Source: a virus
Lineage: Duplodnaviria; Caudoviricetes
Virus record (IMG/VR): IMGVR_UViG_2912874417_000004
Coordinates: 1 to 64,000 of that record
DNA: 64,000 bases
Strand: one strand, 5' to 3'
The notes under the pieces were generated by a model, which was given only the letters and a program-made list of their open reading frames with translations, was not told the DNA's origin and ran no database searches. Position numbers and translations under genes: made by a program. Shown here one piece after another: positions 1 to 10,597 of this stretch (positions within the stretch are counted from its first letter, which is position 1; every line of letters starts with the position of its first letter).

Positions 1-276
1 ATGAAATTAAAAAAAGTTTTAACTGGTTCTGCCTTGTCTCTCGCTTTACTCGTTTCCGCTGCCCCTGCTTTTGCATCTAGCCCTGGTCATACAAATAGCG
101 ACTCAACTCAAACAAAAATTTCGACACAAGCGACCAAAGATTCTTTTACAATAGATTACCTTCATAGATGGGATATCCCAAATACAACTGTTAAGAATGG
201 TGTTACATATTACCTTAAGAAAGTAGAGATAATCGAAGGGTTCTATCGTGCAACTTTTGAAGGATGGATTAATTAA
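1..276 (+). CDS. LCI-family-like secreted antimicrobial peptide precursor (host gene)
   Basis: Signal peptide MKLKKVLTGSALSLALLVSAAPAFA closely matches my recollection of the Bacillus LCI precursor leader. The aromatic-rich ~45-aa C-terminus has an LCI-like pattern. Confidence 0.65.
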   Translation: MKLKKVLTGSALSLALLVSAAPAFASSPGHTNSDSTQTKISTQATKDSFTIDYLHRWDIPNTTVKNGVTYYLKKVEIIEGFYRATFEGWIN

Positions 277-299
277 AAGAAGGGGCTTTCCCTTCTTTT
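275..299 (+). terminator. Rho-independent terminator
   Basis: AAAAGAAGGG-gcttt-CCCTTCTTTT hairpin directly after the stop codon. Confidence 0.7.
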
Positions 300-523
300 C
301 ACTCTCATTTGTAAGGATCCATGCACAAGATACTCGTTCACGTACATATAGTCCGGGACGGTTTTTCGGCGAAATAAGGCGGATGCCTCATCACTCAATT
401 TGTTTCTTTTCAAACAATGAAACTAATAAATGAAAGAGGATGCCTCACAAAAAGTTCAGCAAACTTTCGGAAGCATCCTCGATCTGGATAGAATAAGATG
501 TTATTTTAAAGAAAAACGGATGA

Positions 524-1441
524 CTAACCCTCTTGAACCCTTGTCACATCAAGGGTTTTTTTCGTTTTAGGAATCATATTATAAATAATATTCAAAAGGA
601 CGGCGGTAAAGCTTCCGGCGACGATTCCGTTTGTGGTCAGCAGATTTAAGTAAGACGGCAGGTGCTTAAACATATCGGGAACGACGGTTACACCGAGTCC
701 CAATCCGACCGAACACGCGACAATCAGAAGGTTTTCCTGCTTTTTAAAGTCAATTTGACTGAGCATTTTAATGCCGTAGGAGATGACCATGCCGAACATG
801 GCCACCATCGCGCCTCCCAGTACGGAAGACGGGATGATGGTCGTGAAGGCTGCGATTTTCGGAAAAAGGCCGAAGAGCATTAAAAGTGCGCCCGTGACAC
901 CGATGACCGCGTTTTTCTTAATCCCCGTCAGCTGCACGAGACCGACGTTTTGGGAATAGGCCGTATACGGAAAAGCATTGAAAATGCCGCTGATGAACAC
1001 CGCCAGACCTTCCGCGCGGTAGCCTTTTGCTAAATCACGTTCAGACAGGCGCCTGTTTGTCAGGTCACCGAGAGCGAAATAGACGCCGGTTGACTCAACA
1101 AGGCTGACAATGGCAACGATGGACATCGTAATAATCGGTGCCGCATGAAATGTCGGCGTCCCGAAGTAAAACGGTTTAATCATTTGAATTGCGTCAGCAT
1201 TCGCCACATTGTCAAATTGCACTTTTCCCATAAAATATGCGATGGCCGTCCCGATGACAATGCCGATTAAAATCGAAATGGATTTCAAAAATCCTTTTGT
1301 AAACCGATAAAGCAGCACGATGATGACGAGCACCGTAAATCCGAGGGCAAGGTTAGCCGGATCACCGAAATCCTTGCTGCCTTCCCCGCCGGCAATATGA
1401 TTCATCGCGACCGGCATTAAGGTCATCCCGATAATCGTCAC
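524..1441 (-). pseudogene. pbuX: Xanthine permease (NCS2 family), 3' portion only; interrupted by the prophage
   Basis: VTIIGMTLMPVAMN...ESTG...AYSQNVGLVQLTG matches PbuX from about codon 130 onward. The N-terminal ~129 aa are absent and GC content drops abruptly at ~1445. Confidence 0.92.
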
Positions 1442-1450
1442 AAGCATTAT
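1431..1450. other. Prophage attachment junction in pbuX
   Basis: ATAATcgtc-AC-aagcATTAT is an imperfect dyad centred on 1440-1441, where PbuX similarity ends (expected S-V-V-T, observed M-L-V-T). This fits a serine-integrase crossover site. Confidence 0.7.
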
Positions 1451-1464
1451 AGTATAAGTATAAC

Positions 1465-1492
1465 AAAAAAGAGCCGGTTTAATGGCTCTTTT
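1465..1492. terminator. Bidirectional terminator-like hairpin at the prophage end
   Basis: AAAAGAGCC-ggtttaat-GGCTCTTTT, flanked by A and T runs. Confidence 0.65.
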
Positions 1493-1643
1493 CTTTTGCT
1501 AATAAATTAGACATTACTTCATTCACTTTTAGATTGACTTTCTTAATTGCTTCAGCTGAAGGTTGATTCATGCTTTCAATCGTTATATGATATTTTTCTA
1601 TTTCAAACGATTGCTTTGAAGATGATTTAACGAATTCGCTCAT
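1479..1643 (-). CDS. 54-aa protein, candidate recombination directionality factor (SprB/YotN position)
   Basis: Not in the ORF track: MSEFVKSSSKQSFEIEKYHITIESMNQPSAEAIKKVNLKVNEVMSNLLAKEKSH. Its ATG overlaps the yotM stop and it is the last gene before att. Confidence 0.55.
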   Translation of the reverse strand: MSEFVKSSSKQSFEIEKYHITIESMNQPSAEAIKKVNLKVNEVMSNLLAKEKSH

Positions 1644-2194
1644 ACAGCGCTCACACTCTGCTGTTCTTTTTTAATCAAATCATCGCAAAGCTTGTTCAAG
1701 TAATATGTATAGTTAACTTTTTTCTTCATCGAACGGACTTCTGTGCCGATCTCTTCACAAATTGCAATTGGAATGCTGGCTTTGTTTACTTTATTCTTAT
1801 ATGTATGTTTCAATTGTTTTTCAGCTATGTTCTTATATGTAAGGAAATCATTGATATGTACGAAATAAACTTTATTTTCTGGCTCTCTAAATTGAAACAG
1901 AAACCCAGGGATTACTTTTGGATATTGCGTAGCCTCTTTTAAGTGTTTTATCTGCTGCGGCTTTATAATCTTCTCTCGAAAGGCTATAGACTTGTCTTTT
2001 GTTGATTTAAGTTCTAAGGGAAATAAGTATCCTTTAAAGTGTAGGAAACAATCATAATTGTTTTTTGATACTGCTGCTCCCCTTTTTAAAAACATTGGAT
2101 TAACATCTTTAATTCTGTAGAAGAACACCTTCTGATCTTTTGCAGATTTTTCTATATTCGATTCAAAAACCTTACCTTGGTTTGTACCTGCCAA
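1640..2194 (-). CDS. yotM: RecU-like Holliday junction resolvase
   Basis: GKVFE...YD...ELKST...IKPQQI PD-(D/E)xK RecU-type pattern; SPbeta position. Confidence 0.8.
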   Translation of the reverse strand: MAGTNQGKVFESNIEKSAKDQKVFFYRIKDVNPMFLKRGAAVSKNNYDCFLHFKGYLFPLELKSTKDKSIAFREKIIKPQQIKHLKEATQYPKVIPGFLFQFREPENKVYFVHINDFLTYKNIAEKQLKHTYKNKVNKASIPIAICEEIGTEVRSMKKKVNYTYYLNKLCDDLIKKEQQSVSAV

Positions 2195-2273
2195 TCAATC
2201 ATCCTCCTAGAATATTGAAACTGAAATTGAAATTAGAATAAACATTTGCTACACTGTTTTATGTTAATTAATA

Positions 2274-2531
2274 TTGAAAGAAGTGTTCGAAATGAAGCAA
2301 TGGACACCCCTGCGCCCTCGTTTAAATGAATTAATGTTTGAATATGACCTCACAGTTGATGACCTTTTCAAACGTACAGGATACCCCAGACAACGTATCC
2401 ACGATTATATAAGTGGAGCTAAAGCAAATATGAACTTAGCTACTGGCATGACTTTTGCTGATGCCATTGGTTGCTCAATTGAAGAGCTGTACGAATGGAA
2501 CCACGAAGAAAGAAGAAAAGTTAAATCTTAA
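2274..2531 (+). CDS. yotL: XRE-family HTH regulator
   Basis: HTH_XRE pattern ending in IGCSIEELY; opposite strand, as in SPbeta. Confidence 0.8.
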   Translation: MKEVFEMKQWTPLRPRLNELMFEYDLTVDDLFKRTGYPRQRIHDYISGAKANMNLATGMTFADAIGCSIEELYEWNHEERRKVKS

Positions 2532-2727
2532 TCCCTTTCCGAGCCCACCTGATTTCCTGCATTAATTCTTCATTGTTATCTGAAAGGTTGATTAGGTTAC
2601 GGTGGGCTCTTTCGTATTCTTTGTTCTCGAGAGCTTCTTTTACCGTACCCATTTGTCTTTCCATTTTGTTGAACAGTATTTGTATGTTCTTAAAGTGCTC
2701 AGTTATTATCCTCCACCTCCAATACAC
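2521..2727 (-). CDS. Small coiled-coil phage protein (YotK position)
   Basis: ORF convergent with yotL; start uncertain. Confidence 0.55.
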   Translation of the reverse strand: MYWRWRIITEHFKNIQILFNKMERQMGTVKEALENKEYERAHRNLINLSDNNEELMQEIRWARKGIKI

Positions 2728-2761
2728 TTATTTTATTTTCACTCTAAATAAATGACCGATT

Positions 2762-2926
2762 TTATGTTGTTTTCGAGCCTTTACATACATGGAAATAACC
2801 AATGATTAAAGTCAATATCCCACTTATGATGGCCGGAACAAAATACTTCTGTGCTAAGGTAAAACCCATAATAAACGCTTCAACAATACCCAAACCATAA
2901 GTTAACGCTATTACCGGTTTATTCAT
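2762..2926 (-). CDS. 54-aa membrane protein
   Basis: Not in the track: MNKPVIALTYGLGIVEAFIMGFTLAQKYFVPAIISGILTLIIGYFHVCKGSKTT; two hydrophobic segments. Confidence 0.6.
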   Translation of the reverse strand: MNKPVIALTYGLGIVEAFIMGFTLAQKYFVPAIISGILTLIIGYFHVCKGSKTT

Positions 2927-3353
2927 TTACTTAATTCCACTGGTTCATAATTTGTCACTTCATAAAATTCTTCTTTTTGATTAAATTTGATCGGCTTACC
3001 TTTGGTGAATTTTTTACCTGTTTCATCTAAGAACTCACCTTCGTCTGTTACAGCACATGTCAGTCCACAAAATTCAATACCATTAGATTCAATTAGCTTG
3101 ATGAAATCTTCATAGGTGAATATTGTGCCATTTTCATTAAACAACACTCCTTCAATATGTAAGCCCATTGCTTTAACGTTACTCATTGAAATAAACCTCC
3201 CCAAATTACTCCTGCTGTAATTGCAACAATGAATACTGAAACAAATTTTATTGCACCAATATAAACTGCAAATTTAATATCCCCTTGAGAATCCATGTTT
3301 GCTAACAACACAAGCCCAAATGCGACGAACAATATCCAAGCTGTCACAATCAT

Positions 3354-3944
3354 CTACTTAGAACCTCTTCCAACTGTATACCCGTCGGCAATGTCATCTA
3401 AGATCGTGGTACTATAAGAAACCTTTTTACTCTCATTGTCTTTATTTTTAGTGTAATTAATGAAATCATCGAACTGGTTTAAATACACTCCGTAAGCTGT
3501 GTTATTCAATTTATAAACGGTATCGTCACTTGGTTTCAAAAACCAGCTGTCAGTACCTTGTCCATAAACTTCAAAAATTTGAACAATTTCGTCCTTATAC
3601 TCAAAGTAAGCCAGCTTATTTTCAAGTTCACATTCCTCATCAACTGGATTTCCAACATGATTTGTAGCATATTCCATCATAGAAGTAAGCATGTAGCCTA
3701 ATTCGACGTCCGAGAAGCTTAACTGTGGTTTAGGTGTTCCATAATAAATATCTGCTTCATTTAGTGATCCTCTTTGGTTCACTTCTTTAATGATCTCTTC
3801 GATAGCTATGTAGCCTTCATGAATGATGAATTCCCTACGTTCCTCATCTCTTCGTTTATACTCCTCTAATAAACTTGTTACCTTAAACTCTGTATTCTTC
3901 ATCGAATTCCTCCCTGCTAATTCATTGTAAAGATTGTTGCCCAA
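3354..3944 (-). CDS. Hypothetical phage protein
   Basis: 196-aa co-oriented ORF; likely start at MKNTEF. Confidence 0.65.
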   Translation of the reverse strand: MGNNLYNELAGRNSMKNTEFKVTSLLEEYKRRDEERREFIIHEGYIAIEEIIKEVNQRGSLNEADIYYGTPKPQLSFSDVELGYMLTSMMEYATNHVGNPVDEECELENKLAYFEYKDEIVQIFEVYGQGTDSWFLKPSDDTVYKLNNTAYGVYLNQFDDFINYTKNKDNESKKVSYSTTILDDIADGYTVGRGSK

Positions 3945-3950
3945 CCTTCT

Positions 3951-4313
3951 TTATTTAAAATAAATCACATGGTCTTCCCAGTTATAGTCATCATCATATT
4001 GACCGTCTTTATAATAAAACGGAGGAACTAGCTTCATTAATATCCATCCCATAGTTTCGGGATCATTCGTTAAAGAAATGTCCACATAAACCCTTGTGTA
4101 TCTGTATCCTCGACAATAATCACTGAATTTTCTTGCTTCAATTGCTTTCGTGGGTGTCTGAATGAATCCCGATCTATTGATGAGGATTTCTTCATTCAAT
4201 TCTGAAACAATTGATTGCAACTTATTGACGGCTTTTTCTTTAGTATCTGAATAAATCATGATATTACGATGCATTGCATTTAGACTCATTGGACAACCTC
4301 CAACTGTTTGCAA
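3951..4313 (-). CDS. Hypothetical phage protein
   Basis: Co-oriented ORF overlapping the upstream stop. Confidence 0.65.
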   Translation of the reverse strand: MQTVGGCPMSLNAMHRNIMIYSDTKEKAVNKLQSIVSELNEEILINRSGFIQTPTKAIEARKFSDYCRGYRYTRVYVDISLTNDPETMGWILMKLVPPFYYKDGQYDDDYNWEDHVIYFK

Positions 4314-4702
4314 ATGTTAGCATATTCTTGAATGCTATTAATGATCGTGATGATCCAACCCCTCACCTCTTCCGGTTCTTTAAAATCCATCTCACTTTTA
4401 AGACAGTATTCATCGATCTCAATCATTGCAAGAAATTGATCATTGCTTGGTAAATTTTCAAAATCAATGCTCTTTAATCTTGGAATGCCCTTTACCTTAA
4501 TCCATTCAATGAAGGAATAATCAACATTGTTTTTTGCAGCTACGATTTTTAAAAACTCATGAATATCAGAAGAGTTTTCAATATTGAAATAAATGTGGAG
4601 ACTCTTCTTCATGAGATCAAATAATCGCAATAGAGCTTCATCAATTTTATTGTCTGTTTTAGTCTCGAAGTTTATATCAAACCAGGACATTGCGTTCTTC
4701 AT
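4286..4702 (-). CDS. Hypothetical phage protein
   Basis: Co-oriented ORF with RBS GGAGGG. Confidence 0.65.
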   Translation of the reverse strand: MKNAMSWFDINFETKTDNKIDEALLRLFDLMKKSLHIYFNIENSSDIHEFLKIVAAKNNVDYSFIEWIKVKGIPRLKSIDFENLPSNDQFLAMIEIDEYCLKSEMDFKEPEEVRGWIITIINSIQEYANICKQLEVVQ

Positions 4703-5096
4703 TCATTCCCTCCTTGTGCAAATCGATTATTTCTGGTACCCGTTGAAAGAAAGTAATAATGCAATCCCTAGCATCATGTGGATATTCGCAGTCAATTTCG
4801 GCATCGGATATGTAAATTTCATATTCAATGCTCGATATTAGTTGAGGATTATAAGGTAGCTCGAACTGTAAGTACCTCTTAAGATTAGGTAACTGCTCAT
4901 TGGCAAACTTCAAGAACTTCTTTTCATACTCAGGAACACGTTTGTATAATTTGTTTACATGTTCTTCAATTGTGTTTGCGTGCACTTTGTATAGATTCTC
5001 GAACAGCGTTTTGTTGATGTCCATTAACTCACTTAGAGCTTTAACAGCTCCCTCGTCTCCATTTAGAGTAACACCCCACCATTTATCCAAATGCAC
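4677..5096 (-). CDS. Hypothetical phage protein
   Basis: GTG start after RBS AAAGGATGA, just downstream of the dyad at 5115. Confidence 0.65.
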   Translation of the reverse strand: MHLDKWWGVTLNGDEGAVKALSELMDINKTLFENLYKVHANTIEEHVNKLYKRVPEYEKKFLKFANEQLPNLKRYLQFELPYNPQLISSIEYEIYISDAEIDCEYPHDARDCIITFFQRVPEIIDLHKEGMNEERNVLV

Positions 5097-6158
5097 TTAA
5101 TCATCCTTTCTATTTAAAATCAACATTTTATTCATTTACAGCAGAAGTCCAATTTTTACATCATCGACGTAATCAAGATCAAGTGTTAGTGTTTTACCTA
5201 TTCTCAAACCCAATGAGTTTTCCATTATCGTTTTTAATTATGATATGCCCTGTGTCAAAGTTGATATTTGCTACTTCAAACCATGAATTATTGTATAATG
5301 CTTTTCCAATCATAATAGCAATCTCCCTGTGAAAATTTGAGGTCTTTTACTGCTCTTTTAAATGCTGTTGTCTATTTCTTCAAGATGATTCCCTTCGTAT
5401 TTAGGACAATCAAAATCAGTTTCATTACCAGTCGAACCATAGTCAAATTCATTGCTTTGTCCATATGACATGGTTTCACTTTTCAAAGTCATCAAGGTTG
5501 ATTCCATAAATGCTCTTAATCCAATCTTTAATTATGTGATCCCATCCTCCAAGTAGACCATTCCATGCGAGGACATCTCTAAACACTTCTGAGCTCGTCA
5601 TTTCTAAAATTTCTTTATCCATGGAGCCGTCTTTCTTATCTAAACCCTCTCTCTGTCTTACATACTGAATAATGCTGTTTGGATACTTTTCTTCTAACAG
5701 TTTTGTGCAATCCATTATCATTTCCCCTCTCAGGATAAAATCAGAAAACCAATATTTTATTAGCTGAAATCAACTTCATCCTCAGTCACTTCGAGTTGAT
5801 TTCCATTTTCATCTTCAACGACTGCTACCATCAATTCTGGATAAAGCTCTACAAATTTATAATGTTTGCCATCCTTTTTTAATTTTAAATGTAAACCCAT
5901 ATTAATCCCTCCCTATATAAAATTGAATCCGGCTATGTTGAAAATCATTTTTCAAACTTACCTAAGTCATACATTTGGTCAAGTAATTTCATTGAGAAAT
6001 CAATGGCTTCACTATATACTGCATAACTTAATGCCCCTGTTGAGTTTAAACCATTTAAGAAATCAGCCATTTCAGCCTTCAATTTCTCTTTATTTGTCGC
6101 ATCTGGTGATACTCCCCAACTCATTTATTGCACCTCTTTTCTGATTAAAATTAGAATT

Positions 6159-6716
6159 TCATTCAGTAATATGGAAGTCAAAATTCAGGTCACTAATGTC
6201 AACATGTTTTTCTTCGCCATCAGGTAGCTTTATTTTCACTTTCGTATCAATTCCGCACGTTGTATGTTTAATTTTTTCAAGTATCTCCACTTTCTCATTG
6301 TTCAACTTCGCTCTATTAAAATTCAAAATTTGTTCGTTAAACTCTAATTTATACGAGTCCCCGATATCTTCATTAATATCACAAATGCTTATATTCAGCT
6401 CCTTCTCTTGATTCAGACTCAAGAGGTACTCCCTAACTTTTGTTGCCAACTCCAAGGTAAACCAATGAAAACTCTCTTCACACTTTCTACCCAGCTGTAT
6501 AGAAAAGGCGGCGGGCTCATCATCAAAGAAATACATTCTGTAGCCAACATAGCTATCGGTGCAATACCAGTTTCCAACCCAATAACATTTCAATCTATCT
6601 TGTTCAACACATGGTACATTATCAATTCCCAACTCATATCCTATGTCATCAGTGTCAACCCATTGTCTGTTTTGTTCTGATTTATCAATTTTATTAGCAA
6701 TATCAATTAGCTTCAT
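6159..6716 (-). CDS. Hypothetical phage protein
   Basis: 185-aa ORF with RBS; its TGA stop forms one arm of the dyad at 6146-6161. Confidence 0.7.
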   Translation of the reverse strand: MKLIDIANKIDKSEQNRQWVDTDDIGYELGIDNVPCVEQDRLKCYWVGNWYCTDSYVGYRMYFFDDEPAAFSIQLGRKCEESFHWFTLELATKVREYLLSLNQEKELNISICDINEDIGDSYKLEFNEQILNFNRAKLNNEKVEILEKIKHTTCGIDTKVKIKLPDGEEKHVDISDLNFDFHITE

Positions 6717-6965
6717 TTTGCATTCCCCTTTCTATAGTCAGTTTTTAATTAACCTCCCTTGTATTAAATAGACCCAGTCTAAATGAATATGCCCAACGAC
6801 TTCTTCCTTTTCATTGACTAACTTAGTACCATTTGATTTTTCAATTGTCAGTTTTGCAGTCTCCGCATCTGTTTTGGAATAGTATGAAAAGGCCATAGGT
6901 TCTTCATCATGATCTTTATATACAACTGTCCACACATCATCTAATTTTTTCTTCACGAATTCACC

Positions 6966-7792
6966 TCATATTTCAAATGTCTTCAACTCAAACGTTTTAT
7001 ATGTATCAACTTGCTTATCTGGTATCACATTGACACTCGGGTAATTATCATAGTCATACGGATATCCGATACAATTCATGTGAAATCTCGTTCCATCTTT
7101 GTCAAACTCAGCTTGTAAATGATCATGGCCACAAACCCAATGTTTTGCGTTAATGAACGGGACATCAACCATGTAGCATGTATTAGGTTCAAATGGAGAA
7201 TAAGGATTGTGAACAGGTGGGACATGTGAGACAAATACATCAATTTGTGTCTTTTCAAGCGTTTCATACCAATCCACTGATTCTTTCCACATTGCTCTTA
7301 TCCCATCTACTTTGTTGTAACCATTAATACAAATGTAATTAGAGTCATTAGACACTCCTTTAAAGAAATCCCATCCATCAAGTCCTTTTGGAAGGTACCA
7401 CATTACATCTCCTGCGAAGACTTTACCTTTATATGTATCAGTTGTCTTAATTAATGGCGTTACATTTTCATGTCAGCAGCTTTATTAATTAGATCATTTA
7501 ACCTGCCTAACGAGTCTGAGTATTTTCTTTTTTGGCTCTTGCTAAGTAAATAAAGATCATGATTACCATATGTAAAGTAAACCTTCTCGTATTGCTTTGC
7601 TACCTCATCTAAAACCCATAAAGTTTGTTGATTCCATTCGGTAAAATCACCGGCAATGACTAATACCTCCCCATTACCGTTTGAGATTAACCTTCTAATA
7701 ATCTCCCTTGTTCGCCTTTCCCATTTTATTTGGTTATTGTTCCAAGGTATCCAATGATTAATATGAAGATCTGAAACATAATCGATTTTCAT
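6966..7792 (-). pseudogene. yotB: Calcineurin-like metallophosphoesterase, frameshifted at ~7465
   Basis: DLH, AGD and GNHD motifs lie in 7460-7792; SHVPP and GHDH lie in 6966-7403. One extra A in ATGAAAATGTAA restores [27 protein letters not shown]. Confidence 0.85.
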
Positions 7793-8736
7793 TTTATCCC
7801 CCTTTCTTTTAAGTACATAAACAGTTGCATATAATTGTTGTTAGTATATCCATATGTATTATGAAAATGTTCATGGCAAGAATCACACAAGGTCAACCCG
7901 TTATCAACTTCTAGTCGAATATCTTTATGCTCCATATAATTATAGATATGGTGAGCAGTTAAATATTTTTTCTTTTTAAGCCAGCATTTTTGACATGTGT
8001 AATCATCCCTCTGTAGAACCTTCCTTCTCCACTGTAAATATTCACGATACTTTCTGTCATTTATCCTCTGAGTATCAGTTTTATTCTTATTCCACCTCGG
8101 ATTACCTTCTCTAAAACGACTCTTCCTATAGCACTGCTGGCATCCCCCTCCTTGTTGAAAATAGTTCCACGCAATTTCTCCATAGTGTCCATTCTTACAT
8201 TTAAAAGCTAACTTGCTCTTTTCGTTGGCGTATTCATTTGATAAAAGCAATAAGTTTTTCTTTAAGAATTCTTCTTTAATATAATCAATGCTCAATTTTA
8301 GGCTTTCCTGATGACATTTTAAACATTTAGATCCATTATTAATTTGAGACCACAATTTTGTTGATTTATGACCATTCTTTAAACAGATCAAATCAACTTT
8401 ACCTTTTACACCTTTGTATTCTGATGTTAAAATAAACCCTCTTTCCCTCGCTTTATCCTCATAATAAGAATGGCTATGTCTTTTACATTCATATTTTTTA
8501 TTTTTGTACAACCGGTTAAATTCATCATATTTAACTGACTTAACATTTGTGCATTTCTCTTTGTCACAAGAAACTAAAACCATTTTTTCAGAAGTAAGTG
8601 GTAAATGATAATATGGAACATGAAATTTATCCCTCCAAAAGGTAAATTCATATCCTAGTGTTTGATAGTGTCTCGATGTCATAGGATTCCAGCTGACCTC
8701 AACCTTTTGTTCTTTAATAATGCCTATACATTTCAC
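7789..8736 (-). CDS. HNH endonuclease with repeated zinc-finger modules (free-standing homing-endonuclease-like)
   Basis: C-terminal RDDYTCQKC...AHHI...[14 protein letters not shown]; two CxxGH...W...CxxC repeats. Confidence 0.85.
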   Translation of the reverse strand: MKCIGIIKEQKVEVSWNPMTSRHYQTLGYEFTFWRDKFHVPYYHLPLTSEKMVLVSCDKEKCTNVKSVKYDEFNRLYKNKKYECKRHSHSYYEDKARERGFILTSEYKGVKGKVDLICLKNGHKSTKLWSQINNGSKCLKCHQESLKLSIDYIKEEFLKKNLLLLSNEYANEKSKLAFKCKNGHYGEIAWNYFQQGGGCQQCYRKSRFREGNPRWNKNKTDTQRINDRKYREYLQWRRKVLQRDDYTCQKCWLKKKKYLTAHHIYNYMEHKDIRLEVDNGLTLCDSCHEHFHNTYGYTNNNYMQLFMYLKERGIK

Positions 8737-9221
8737 TCCTTTGTTTATTGTTCATGATTACAAAACGTTTAGTTCGCTTGGCTCAACAAAGTATGAATGG
8801 CCAATTTCATTAATGTATGAGGGGATTGCTCCCCTCTCTTTTATGCTCCTCTTCCAAATCCATAAAGTACTACTGGCATTGTATTCACCTCCTTTAGTGA
8901 ACAAATGTACTTCGTCTAACCAGCTCGTTTAAAACTAGTTGAAGTTTTCTTCTTTGGTCTTTTATGTAAACATTGTTATCAGTACGCAATCCATCATTAA
9001 TTCTATTTGTATGTCTGTCTTCAGTGTCTCTAAGCTTTCTATTGGCAATTTTTCTAGACCAACTTTATATGATTGATTCATTTTAATAGCCTCCAGCAAA
9101 AACAAGTGAAATTATCAATAACCAAAAGACTGCTCCAGAAACAGCAAGAAAGCTTTTTGCAATACTCATAAATTCTTGAAAATCATTCTTCACTGCATCA
9201 CCTTCTCTTTAAATACAGATT

Positions 9222-9563
9222 TCATAAAGAATTAAGTCCGGCACAGTAATTGCAAAACGCTACTCCGCTGTTAGTTGCCCAATCTTCCCCTAATTCATCT
9301 CCACACTCAGCGCATCGGCAGTTCGATATTACTTCGTTTAGAAAAGTAATGTGATCGAGTAGCGACGGAATATCTTGGCGGGCGTTTGCGATGAAATTTG
9401 CGTCCTCTTCATCCGTGGTTTGTGCAGTCAGTAATCCGCCAATTGTTCCGATATTATTTAATCCGTTTGGTGATTGCTTCCCGATTCGCCACGGACCTTC
9501 CGTAGCCTCCTCCGAACGCTTTCGGATTACTTCGAGTTGATCTTTCGTCAATTTACCGCTCAT
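9222..9563 (-). CDS. Ead/Ea22-like phage protein with C-terminal Zn ribbon
   Basis: ATEGPW...DANFIANARQDIPSLL pattern, then CAEC...CNYC. Confidence 0.55.
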   Translation of the reverse strand: MSGKLTKDQLEVIRKRSEEATEGPWRIGKQSPNGLNNIGTIGGLLTAQTTDEEDANFIANARQDIPSLLDHITFLNEVISNCRCAECGDELGEDWATNSGVAFCNYCAGLNSL

Positions 9564-9690
9564 CTTCTGACCTCCTCACGTAAGGCTTCGATTTCGTAGA
9601 GAAGGCGCCAAACGTGATGATAAAGGTGTTCGGGTACGCCGAGCTGTAGCGCTGATATTGCTTCGTTTAATTCGTACGGTGTCGGCCGTT

Positions 9691-10122
9691 TCATCGCGCG
9701 TTCACTCCTTCGATTTTGATTCCGAGAAGATTGAGCGTATTGATAACGCCATCCCTTTCGCATTCAAGACTGAACGTAACGCCCCGGGATTGCGCAGTCC
9801 GTTGATTTTCCTGAAGCTCAGAGTAATACTCGCGCACTCGGTCTTCCGGCGTCGCTTCGACTTCGTATCCGTTGATCAGTGCGGCTGCAAGCGTTAGCAT
9901 GTCGAGGTCATTTAGCGAATAACAGTGCTCCAGCCATTCACCTGTTGCGTGATACTCAAGTACGTCTGGTTTCGACCATCCCGTGGAATAAAGGTGTAGT
10001 AATGCATCCGCCTGTTCCTTCGTGATTGTTGGTTTCATTTTAACGCCTCCTTTATATTGAGAATGACGCAATTGCTTCGCGTAACTCTTTTGATAAATCG
10101 TTAAATGTGGGATTCCTTTCAT
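9691..10122 (-). CDS. Phage protein, DUF1642-like; likely start MKPTIT
   Basis: LAAALINGYEVE motif. Confidence 0.5.
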   Translation of the reverse strand: MKGIPHLTIYQKSYAKQLRHSQYKGGVKMKPTITKEQADALLHLYSTGWSKPDVLEYHATGEWLEHCYSLNDLDMLTLAAALINGYEVEATPEDRVREYYSELQENQRTAQSRGVTFSLECERDGVINTLNLLGIKIEGVNAR

Positions 10123-10597
10123 CTAAAACCGGTAGACATTTCATAAGCAACTCCACAAGATCACAGACATTCTTGTCGGACATTTCGTACATAAGCTGTT
10201 CAAATCCAATACGTGATTGCATCCGCTCGACCGTCTGCCTTACGAGGTCTTTTACGCCCTCCGGATATCCTATCGCATACTCGACCGTTCCTTCTTCGAA
10301 ACCATATTCGTCCGGCAACATATCACGAATAGCCGCTAACTCTCCGGTAAGCATTTCGTTTTCCGATTTCAGCCGCTCGTTCTCGCCAATCAAATCCGCC
10401 ACAGCACAGCGCAATCGATTAACTTCCTCAGTCATTGGTTCCATAAATAAATCCTCCGCAGAGGCTGCTCGTTTAGTTCCATCCTCATTTATGATGCAAA
10501 GACTGCCCTTTGCACCAGGATCATCATGTCGCATTTTAATCGCAAGTTTCTGGGCACTCTCCTTAATGCGCTCATTATTAAACTCAAACCCTTTCAT
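10052..10597 (-). CDS. Hypothetical coiled-coil phage protein
   Basis: 181-aa ORF coupled to the upstream stop. Confidence 0.6.
   Translation of the reverse strand: MKGFEFNNERIKESAQKLAIKMRHDDPGAKGSLCIINEDGTKRAASAEDLFMEPMTEEVNRLRCAVADLIGENERLKSENEMLTGELAAIRDMLPDEYGFEEGTVEYAIGYPEGVKDLVRQTVERMQSRIGFEQLMYEMSDKNVCDLVELLMKCLPVLDERNPTFNDLSKELREAIASFSI

Noticed and set aside
1445-1451. Phage-supplied in-frame ATG for truncated pbuX (307-aa ORF in the track)
   Set aside because: There is no RBS, the ATG overlaps a TATAAT and a terminator hairpin lies just upstream. The product would lack the N-terminal TM helices.
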